Source: Thalia democratica (Eukaryota). Taken from it: a stretch of DNA of 64,000 nt. The stretch lies in contig OZ241831.1 of NCBI GenBank assembly GCA_965202585.1, positions 46,252,001 through 46,316,000 of the forward strand, given 5' to 3'. A program made the translations under genes and the position numbers. Positions 22,401 through 30,961 of this stretch are shown here, in pieces. Position 1 is the stretch's first letter. Each line of letters begins with the position of its first letter. The notes below the pieces were generated by a model. The model was not told where the DNA came from, made no database searches, and was given only the letters and a program-made list of their open reading frames with translations.

Positions 22401-24551
22401 CCAAAATGTGGCTTTTTTTAAAAGCATATTTCCAATGCTGAGATCCACATCTACACTCCCTATTGGATAAATGGTTGAGTTTCCCAAACCCTTTATTGTT
22501 TTACTTTTTGGCTGGAAATATTGATTTATTCCATTAGTTAACATTTTCGGTAAGATAGACACTTCACTACCTGAATCGATTAATAACAAGACTCCCGATT
22601 TTTTTTCCAGTGCGAATAGGAGGTTTTTAGGAAGATTTTTTATATCGGTTGTTTCTGTTTTATTTTCTAAAACTGAGCATTGTTTAACCGGAACATTACT
22701 TTTGTCCAAAACCAATTCGTTTATCTTTTTCAAAATATTTTCTAGATTGTTGTTTATTTGATCTGTATTTCCCGAACATGTAGGCATTGTACTTTCATGA
22801 ATATCATTCTCTTTCGTTCCTTTCATGCTTACCGTTAATGAGCTCTTTTGATTTACAAAACTATTTTCTGTGTTATCCACTGGTATTGCTTTGTAACTGC
22901 AGTTTTTATTATCTTCGTCGTATAACTTAGTTTCCTTGTCCTTTGTTAAGTCTGTTTGCATAACAGCAACGTTGCAACTTTTCTGTTGTTGGTGATTCGC
23001 AATTAGATGATTCATCTTACAATCTTTCCTATTACAAGAGTAAGCCTCTTTTCCGTATCGCCAATGTTGATAGCATAAGTCACCCTGGTTTGTAAACGGA
23101 TTTGGTTTTGCACTAGTTTGTTGGTAGTTCCAATTATTGTTATTGTTTTTATTGTGTGAGTAAAAATCTGGAATTTGATGATTTCGATACGGTCTAAAAT
23201 TTCCGTTGTTGTTATTGTTGTAATTAAAATTATTGTTTTTATGTCCGATATTTCGATTGTTATACCTTCTAGGATTTGTACTATAAATTTGATTAGTTCG
23301 TGGCGTTCTATCATAATTTACCGGATTGGAAGGTATTTTTTCCTCTTGACAATTCCAAATACCTTGTGTCCTTCTCTTGAAGATATCATAGTTTTCATTA
23401 AAGTTTTCTCTGATTTTTGTTTTCAATGAAAGTGGACTTAAGTAGTAGCAGAAAAATTTTATGCGGTCAACTTTGCTGCTTTCTGCGAATTTAGTTGCAT
23501 CTGCGAGGAATACACCAAACGGGGTAGAAGCATCATATTGTGGTACCTTACTGAGAATATCGCTCAGAGAGTCGTCCCTATTAACACAAAAATCACAGAA
23601 TGATTCGAAGTTTCGATGTTCCCTGTCCACTAATCTATAAAAATTCGAAACATCCTCAGTTGGCCATTTTTCGATAAGTATGTTATACTTCACGTAATCA
23701 TCACGTATGTTAAGTCGATGAAATTCTTCCTGGAAATACCCCAATACATCTCTAGGATTTTTTACTTTCTCTATTCTGTTGAATTTTTTTATTAATCTGT
23801 CCATTTCCATATATTTTCCATATACTGTATGGTTTGAGTTAATATTATCAAAATTTCTATTATAAATATTTTGGTTCTGCATATAATCTTCGTCGCAAAA
23901 GTTGTTTTTATTTGCATACATGTTATTACTGATGTGATGCGTCATGTTATTATCTGTATGTATAAAGTTTTGACTTGTGATCAGATTTTCCAGTTTATTA
24001 TTATTTTCACAAATTTTCTCCCTTATTTTACGAATTTGTTCTTCCGCCTGTTGTCTTCTAAGGTTTTCTTCGCTTATCTTAAGTAATTTATTCATTTCTT
24101 CTATTTGTATTTCATAGTCTGTTTTCTTAATAATGTTTAAATTATCCTGGGTCGAAATGTTATTCTGTTGAAAAAAAATTTTTTGATCATTTTCTAACTT
24201 CGTCGAAGGTATTTTATCCATTTCTGTTTTTTTATTTGCCTGTATAATTCGATCATTAAATAAAGTTCTAGCTTCGTCATAAGTTGGTGTATTGACCTGA
24301 AAGGTTAATCCTTCTGTATCAGTTTTTTTACCTTCTTCGCCCTTATTTTCAACATTTCTATCATTCGGTCCGCTATTCGCTGTTTCATCGAAAGGTGGTA
24401 CATCTGTGCTTGTAGGGAGGACGCCATTATAACCACTGACCGATGGCTCGGTCGTAGTTAGGTTAGGTAATTGCTTATTATTGCTTTTCGCCTTAGTTTG
24501 CGACCGCGTCATGCGTTTTATGTCGTCCATCGATAAGCGTTTGGACGACAT
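19404..24551 (-). CDS. gag-pol: Gag-Pol polyprotein, 1715 aa, single frame, Ty3/Gypsy, CsRn1/Kabuki-like
   Basis: CHCC-type finger CYQHWRYGKEAYSCNRKDC (23019-23075); protease LIDSGS (~22570); RT SPITMVPKKDG...YLDD (21609-21620); RNase H YSDAS (~21155); integrase H-x3-H...C-x2-C, HVDLIGP, TDNG, VER and GPY (~19620). Confidence 0.97.
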   Translation of the reverse strand: MSSKRLSMDDIKRMTRSQTKAKSNNKQLPNLTTTEPSVSGYNGVLPTSTDVPPFDETANSGPNDRNVENKGEEGKKTDTEGLTFQVNTPTYDEARTLFNDRIIQANKKTEMDKIPSTKLENDQKIFFQQNNISTQDNLNIIKKTDYEIQIEEMNKLLKISEENLRRQQAEEQIRKIREKICENNNKLENLITSQNFIHTDNNMTHHISNNMYANKNNFCDEDYMQNQNIYNRNFDNINSNHTVYGKYMEMDRLIKKFNRIEKVKNPRDVLGYFQEEFHRLNIRDDYVKYNILIEKWPTEDVSNFYRLVDREHRNFESFCDFCVNRDDSLSDILSKVPQYDASTPFGVFLADATKFAESSKVDRIKFFCYYLSPLSLKTKIRENFNENYDIFKRRTQGIWNCQEEKIPSNPVNYDRTPRTNQIYSTNPRRYNNRNIGHKNNNFNYNNNNNGNFRPYRNHQIPDFYSHNKNNNNNWNYQQTSAKPNPFTNQGDLCYQHWRYGKEAYSCNRKDCKMNHLIANHQQQKSCNVAVMQTDLTKDKETKLYDEDNKNCSYKAIPVDNTENSFVNQKSSLTVSMKGTKENDIHESTMPTCSGNTDQINNNLENILKKINELVLDKSNVPVKQCSVLENKTETTDIKNLPKNLLFALEKKSGVLLLIDSGSEVSILPKMLTNGINQYFQPKSKTIKGLGNSTIYPIGSVDVDLSIGNMLLKKATFWVTKESGDYGIIGLDILKANKLIISPHTSEILEYNLNRKARLYTAGELTTAAEGPCKKLKITSYQEKSDDKNNIKSILEEFKELTMEPDYNKPVKHGHSLEIKVNNLVPRMIKARKCNGMRRKIVEENFNDLIIRGAMSRGQEAIYVSPITMVPKKDGNIRICIDYTTLNAHTNPISYPLPRIDELPEFIPNGSKIFSCLDLKEAYYSLPIHPNSQKYAAIIAHHGVFIPHRTTFGLMNAPMRFQMMMEDILTPCTGFVYVYLDDILVFSETKKDHELHLRKVLQTLQDSGLYLNAKKCIIAESKVDFLGHSIGADGIGVMDSKVEAIINLPRPTNRKELKRFIGLVNYYYHHIPRLSEIIAPLNELSGGPKATNKKPLKLNQFQINAYKDTLKVLAKAATLAYEDHNMPLILYSDASETHVGAVLEQEGIDGNKRPLAFFSKKLPSLKRYRSTFYKELRALYLSLKHFQSRIIGRELIIRTDSQSVEKAITNPIKDQSPMEQRYIAAIKEFNPFIKHIAGADNIVADILSRPPHSTSMHIALQDNDPDYVHNSNTDLSCSDTDDDLTENEEELITAASLNKLEIAQLQKNEPLLLKKAKELKKEIKYVGSEDLAVIQEGDNQRIILPSILRLTAFELAHGYLHLGVERSIIATAKDYWWPTLKTDIKYWCKSCAECQATKTFRHNRPKIGLYPKNTERFQFIHVDLIGPMNVISDDNKYIMTIKDRGTGFLVTTPLPNKKAQTVKNALIQSWCGIFGVPQVIVTDNGCEFNNSLLKEVFQQLGIDHRYVPPYSPESNGFVERQHRSINVALRTLVDKEKWSMLLPLITTSINNSFIEGNLFTPSQLALGTCTNISGRIFFNKVSNNHKEIDTYETNFFLHTMSNAYRKHKCYTEKHTYYEPGLFDCEKVWIRKKNKSHLSAQYHGPYPILSYSDHSMIIEKNGKPIKVSLRNVKGYFPREELDAEGNKLGPTAAYNLRERNIELNYADIDTTTYDESD
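24409..24426 (-). promoter_or_regulatory. Primer-binding site TGGCGTCCTCCC...
   Basis: TGG starts 1 nt after the 5' LTR end; complementary to a tRNA ending ...GGACG-CCA. Primer identity not established. Confidence 0.75.
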
Positions 24552-25106
24552 GAAATCTTAGTTAAAATATATATATATAATATTAAAACGTTCTAATATA
24601 TATTCTAATATATATTCTAATATAATTATAAAACGTTCTAATGGAACGATCAATAACTTTAATGTATTGAGCTTATTTATAATCTAGTATCTAGAAAACA
24701 ACTTTAAGTGAATGGTGAATTTATAAACATTTAAAAACAAAACACGACAATGTGATAAAGTAACGTGATGAAGTTCTACCACAACTGACTCGAGGTTTTC
24801 TTAAGCTTAGTGACTGTACGCTGGTTACAATTTACAAAACTCAAGCAATTCTACTATCCTTTGCAGAGCTTCTATTCCCTTTGCCCAATCCGTCAACAAC
24901 CCCACAACAACCCAAAACATCCTTTTAACACACTAAGAAAAACTTATTTATTTTTTTACTCTCTTCTCTACTTACTACGTCACGCACAAGTCTTTCTGTA
25001 ATTTTCCACTTAAAACTTTGACTCCTTTGATGTAAATTCCACTTAACTTATCTTTGACTCCTTCATTGTACTTCTCGAAACAAGTAGTAAACTACTACTT
25101 GTTATA
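24428..25106 (-). repeat. 5' LTR (679 bp), containing the first 41 codons of gag
   Basis: Near-identical to 6821-7499; followed on the sense strand by the PBS. Confidence 0.95.
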
Positions 25107-28034
25107 ATGTTGTATTATTGCTGACTAATGTATTAACGTTTTATAGTAGGCTAGTTTTAAGTTTAATTATAATATCTCTTAAAACTTAACATAAAACTTG
25201 TATAGGTCTATTATATAATGTAATTGAAACAAACATTAGGAGAAATTAAATAATTTTGTTATATTAAGTGGAAAAAAATGAATTTTAGGTATAACCTAGA
25301 TATTAAAACAGTTATGTCATATAATAAACCGCAAAAGTATGTTCCGTCGATTGACCGTCTTGATTTCTTCTCATTAATAAACTTCTTCTTAGTTCTAGAG
25401 CCAAAAAAGTCACTAATAATTAAACAGACATGTTTATTTGTATAAAAAGTCCGAGGTTAATAAAGTCCTGCTAGGTAATGTTCTTTAAAACCTTCACTTA
25501 AATTTATAAAACATACAAAATGTTTCAATTACGTATTAAATTAGTACTTTAGTTGACAAAAGTTTGATACAATTTACTTAAATAATGAACAGTTGAAATA
25601 ACGCAAGTAAAAACATTTTAAGTACTGAAAAAACATTTTGAAAGAGAATAATAAATTGATTATAATTAAATTAAGTATAACTAGAAGCAGAAGTTTATAT
25701 AAACTCCTTCAAGTTCTTTGTTTCCTTTAACCAAATATTTCTCAGACGATTCTTATACGCAACATACTTACTTTTTATTCATTACAGTTAAGTCAGCTTG
25801 AAGTCTATTGACTTTGTTCTCGTATTTTTTGCTCCTCTAAATTTCTATAAATGTCATGAGTTTTTTCTTCATTAGAAATTTAAACCTATATTAGAGTGGC
25901 ACAACACAAACTAATTTTACTATTTTATTATAAGTTTTAAAATTATACAAATTAATCGTGTAACTTATACTTATATTTCATATTAATTTATCGTTAAATA
26001 ATTTTAGGTCTTTGTGTTTTTGGAAACCTGTGAAACAATATTTTTCAAAAGATATCAAGAATTTTTTAAGTAGTTCTACTATTAATCGTGAGAAACTGTT
26101 TTTGCAATTTTAAATTTTGAAAACTTTTTAATTTTCATGATAAATGTAAATTTATTTTGCTTTATATATACCATATTTTGAAAGAAAAAAAATCAAAATA
26201 ATAAGTTTTTGACACTTAACTTTTATAGTTAAGTTTATTATATAATATATCTTATTTAATCTTTAAATATGGTTTACCATTGGCTAAAAGAAAAAAAATT
26301 AAATTTAAGTCCTAGTAAATGACAGGTTCTAAATATCAAAAAAACGTCTACTTCTACTTTTCACTTATTAAACAGTATACACCTTCGTTTTAAGAACTTA
26401 GAATTTGATAATGACAATTTTCAAAGAAACCACCATACTAATTACGATTACTAAACTATATTAGATGTATTACTTCAAGTTTCATATATACTAATATTAA
26501 TATTCTTAAAAGTAGTATTTCATATAAATTCGCCCTAAGTTTGAATGCAACTTGCCAATCTGGTCTCCATACTTAAAAATATATATTAAGCATGTAGAAT
26601 CTCTTCAAATAAAAAGTACAGAGTAGTTTTTAACGGCTGCAATACTCATTATATTTCTTACATTGACGACTATAAAAACTTAATAATTAATCTTTAGAAT
26701 TCAAAACACTTATACTTTTCCTAATCCTTTTAAAAATAATTAACTATAATTAATTTATAATCCATTTTTGAAGTTTATTAAAATAAATAATTATCACGAA
26801 AACAAATCGAAAAATTCATTCAGTCATAATTATCTTTCAGTTTGAATGAGGAATTAGCTTTCAAACAAAACTAATCTTTGCAAAAAATTGAACAACTTTG
26901 ATTTAAGTTTACTTGATTAAGATAATATACTTTACAGTAGAAACTATCAGTAACATAACAAGTGTTTAAACTTATAGACCATTGATTTAATAAGTATAAT
27001 TTAGTTCATTCTTTAGTTTGATTTTATTAGCAGCGTCTTGCTTCTGTAAATAATAAACCGTTTTTCAATATTTTCGATAGATATTTATTTTATCTGTACT
27101 CTTAATGTGTTTTGGACTTTAAATTTTAAATTTAGAGGTTAGTCAATGCACTTAAATGTTTGTTGTTTTTTTACAATTGTCTGTATCTTAATTCCAATAA
27201 CGTTTATTTTAATTGTGTCGACTATGCTATGGCAAAGCGACCAAAATAATTGATAAAAATACAATGAAGTACCAAACGGGTGCACAAATGTTTAGAACCT
27301 AACCATAAAAGTCAGGATGTGTATATCCGGTTGATGGTTGAACAAAATTAAGTTTATTCATGAACTTTTGAAGTTTGTTTGCATTCTGACTTTCTAGTAT
27401 GTTCTAAAAAAAATTTACAAAAGTAACCATGAACCTTATTTTAATGAAGAAGTGCGTGATTTAGACTATTTTGCTGATTGCTGCACAATTAAAATAATTT
27501 ATTAAATCGTCTTAATATGTCTGAATTTTGAAGAAAAGGTTTTTTGTTGAAAAGAAATCGGAAGTTAACTCTAAAATGAAAAATTGAGTAGCTGTGTTTG
27601 GTTTTATTTGAACTCACTGATCGATGAAAGAATTGATGTCAAACTTGCTTATTATGGAGTTAAAACCAAATTTATTAAAAACCTTCTCCTTCAAATCATA
27701 ATCAATTTAATTAGTATTGATAGTACTTATTTCTTTTACTGTTAATCTATAAAAGTTAGATAAAACTGGAGTTTTAGATTTAAAGTATATAAACTTTCGT
27801 GTCTTCGTTATGTGTCATTCAGTTTAATTTGCCCAGTTTTTAATGGCTAGGTCTAGCGTAGGATAACAAACTTCGAATAGCAATAAATATCAAAAATTAA
27901 ATTCAAAAAAAAACTATGTGAACATTAATTCATTATGAAAACAGTTATGTTGAGATTAGTTTGTTTTTAAAACAAACCCTTATTCTAAAACAATAGTAAA
28001 CAAACATAATAATACAGTTCGGGCAAATAATTGT

Positions 28035-28432
28035 CGGGTTAGATCGGGTTAGAAACGATCAGGTTTGAAATGATTGGGTTAAAAATGATCGGGTTAAAAA
28101 TGATTGGGTTAGATATGATCGAGTTAGAAATTATCGGGTTAGAAATGATCGGGTCAAATCTGGTTGGAAATGATCAAATTAGAAATGATCTTGTTAGAAA
28201 TGATCTTGTTAGAAATGATCGGGTTAGAAATGATCGGGTTAGAAGTGATCGGGCTAGAAGTGATCGGGTTAGAAGTGATCGGGTTAGAAGTGATCGGGTT
28301 AGAAGTGATCGGGCTAGAAATGATCGGGTTAGATATGATCGGGTTAGAAGTGATTGGGTTGGAAGTGGTCGGGTTAGAAATGATCGGGTTAGAAGTGATC
28401 GGGTTAAAAATTATAACGAGTTAGAAATGATA
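28035..28432 (-). repeat. 15-bp minisatellite GGGTTAGAA(A/G)TGATC, about 26 units, inverted relative to the 5892-6298 array
   Basis: Directly visible; accounts for the spurious repetitive ORFs 28070-28510 and 28164-28424. Confidence 0.95.
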
Positions 28433-29506
28433 GTAAACCTTAACATTAAAGTGTCCAAAAAGATTAAAATATGTTACGTAAAAAACAAAAAGCTCCAAAA
28501 TTATATCTAGTTAGTAGAAAGCACAAACAACTCTATGTTTATTGTTTTAATGATGCGGTAAATAGATATTTAAAAATACTCAAGCAAAGTACCAAACACA
28601 TTAAATATACAAAGAGAATATAAAAGAACATAATAACTACTTTAGTTTTAATTTTTTAAACTGAAAGTTTATTTAGCATTTTATAAGTATATACATTTGA
28701 AAAGCTCTTAGCGGGCCGGAGTTTTCCAAACCCTATTCTAATTTATTTTATAAAACTTAATTTAGTGAAGCAGTTTATGTTTTGTAAACTAAAAAGCAAA
28801 CTCTTAAGTTTAATTATTACAATAAAAAATTATGGAACTAGTAAGAATTGCTTTTAGAAAATTTTAAGGACCTTTAAAAATAGTGGTAATGTTTTAAAGA
28901 ATTCTTCTTAACTTTTAATTAAAAAAGAATTTAACAGAGTAAACTACAAAATAGTATTAAAATAAATTTAATCAATCTACAATTATCAATCAGTAATACT
29001 AATTATAAAAGACTACTTTCGTGAAGTTAAGCAATTATTAAAAAATTATAATTAAGCAAAGATGAAGTTAAATGAGTTGTTTTATTTTAGTTATAAAAAA
29101 ATGTTTACCTTTTGTTCTTTTAGCCAAACATTTGCTCGTTATAACTTTAAATGAGATCAAGCGAATCCTATGCTGTAATCTAAAAACAAAGGGTGTTTTT
29201 GAAAATGATTAAAAGTTTAGTAGTTCTGTTTAATCTACAATACAACTTCATGTCTTTCTTAACGTTGAATCCAAAATAATACTTATTTTAGTTACAAATC
29301 ACAAGTAACTTTAAAAAAATTTTCACCATAAATTTTATTAATTATACTAGTCTTTATGATTAAAATAAAAAAAGTATTTTAAAGGAAACTCAAAAGTTTT
29401 GTAACGTAGAAACTTTAGACTGTTACAGTTAAATCGCAACGTCTCCTCGTCGCCGTGACGATTCCACCGAAGCGCGCTACGACGTCACTATGACGTCACC
29501 ACGCTT

Positions 29507-30961
29507 CTAGTTCATGGAGGGAGCTTCGCTGGAACCGGTGTTGCAGTCCCACTGAGCTTGCCGCACGTTCGCGTTGCGGGTCGCCCATCCGTCCGAGCTG
29601 GCATCCGATCGCGGCTGCCGCGTCCTACCCTCCTCCTGCCGTATGACCGAGCGATCGAGTCTCCTCTTCATTTCGCCGATCTCGCCGGTCAGCCTCGCGT
29701 TTTCGGCTCCCTGCCTGTCGAGGTGCGCCTTGTTCCTCTCGCCTTGTTCCTTCAAGGCCGCGATCTTCGCCGCGCTTTCCCTCTTCATCTCGCCGACGGC
29801 AGCGTCTTGCGCTTCGGCTCTCCTCTTCAGAATCTCGAGGTGGTCTTTGTGATCGGACACCTCCGCTTTTAGCTTGTTGAGCTCCTTACGGTTGGAATCG
29901 TATTTTTTCAAATCGGTCGCGTCTCTGGATTTTTTTTCTTCAGCAAACTTTTCCGTCAGGTCGTCGACTTGTTTCCGAAACTGTTCTTTCAAGTTTTTCA
30001 TGTCCTCATTTTCGGTTGCTTTTTTTAAAAAGAGCTTTGCCCCGAAAGCAGAAGCTGCGAGTAGAGTGATTAAAACAGCACCGAAAAATTTGTAGCAAAG
30101 GACAAAGGTTGTTTCGAGGTTTTCCAGACTGTCGGCAACAATCTTTTCCGCGTCTTCCTTTTTGTAAAAGTCCACGAGCAACTCTTCCATCGCCGCAATC
30201 TTGTTGACTAAATTGGTGTTGCTGTCGTAGTGGTTTTGCGAAAAGTTGCTTATTCTTTTGTCGAACACGTCGACTCGCTCTTTCTTGATGACCTGCAGCA
30301 AGCCGTAGACGCTTCCGAAAAGTTCAACGGCTACGTCGTTGGCAATGGCTGAAAAGGTAAAAAATTTCTAAACGTCATAGTGAAAGTAAAGTTTGAAAAA
30401 GTCATACATGTTGTGAGCTTGTTCAGAAAATGAAAGCTAAAACTAAAAGTTAGAGAAAACGGAAGGTGTAGTTGCAAATGTTTTTCTTTTTTAATTTCAA
30501 TTTTATTTAACAAAATTATTGATTGCACTAAAAACTACACATTTTGATCTAAAAAGAAAAAAAGTTTAAAACAAGGTTGCGACTATATACTAAAATTAGA
30601 GGAACTTATGATGTTAGTTATACAAGATTTCACCTTTGCAACTTTCCAGGCAGATTTTTTTGCTTTTTGCGTCTGTCCATTTAAACAACCAAACTCCAAC
30701 CATAAAGTTTTCCTCTCTGCAAGCATTTTCGCAGTCAACAGACCGAAACAGCTTGTCGAGAAAAACCAACTCCTTCTCTTTCGATCCGTCATTGGCTGAT
30801 ATTTCGCCGTAAAAACTTTCAATCAGCCTTTCAAATTTTGCAAGCTGGTTGTGCGCGGTAAAGAACTTGATGTTCTTTTCAAACTTCTTATGTTGACAGT
30901 GCCCGGAAATGACAAATAAAAAGAAACAGGAGAAAACTTTTGAGCATATTACAAATGTCAT
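29507..30961 (-). CDS. Two-exon orphan gene, ~389 aa, probable type I membrane protein with a cytoplasmic coiled coil (exons 30961-30634 and 30348-29507)
   Basis: Exon 1 ends AAA G|gtgaaa and exon 2 starts ttttcag|CC, phase-compatible across a 285-bp intron. Signal-like N-terminus, two CxxxC motifs, hydrophobic segment FFGAVLITLLAASAFGAKLFL, heptad-rich tail; GC well above background. Confidence 0.7.

Larger units (their letters stand above)
6821..25106 (-). mobile_element. Full-length Ty3/Gypsy (Metaviridae) LTR retroelement, 18,286 bp, with gag-pol, an env-like gene and a third large ORF
   Basis: 679-bp direct repeats at 6821-7499 and 24428-25106; ATGT on both outer flanks (6817-6820, 25107-25110); TGG-initiated PBS 1 nt inside the 5' LTR; purine tract abutting the 3' LTR; pol order PR-RT-RH-IN. 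Confidence 0.95.

Noticed and set aside
19616-24086. Numerous 60-120 aa ORFs overlapping gag-pol
   Set aside because: Alternative-frame or antisense shadows of the polyprotein.
6820-25106. Reading the terminal repeats as a DIRS/tyrosine-recombinase element or a tandem-integration junction because they contain the gag start
   Set aside because: The DDE integrase, PBS, PPT and 4-bp TSD all fit a genuine LTR pair, and no tyrosine recombinase is encoded.
27216-27680. Possible decayed coding relic (CRLCYGKAT..., DYFADCC...)
   Set aside because: Multiple stops and no recognisable domain by eye; needs tBLASTx to support.
28070-28510. 146-aa and 86-aa repetitive ORFs (DRVRS / MIGLE repeats)
   Set aside because: Translation artefacts of the 15-bp minisatellite; a unit length divisible by 3 keeps frames open.
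29558-30095. Plus-strand ORFs of 104, 92 and 73 aa
   Set aside because: Antisense to the GC-rich exon 2 of the orphan gene.
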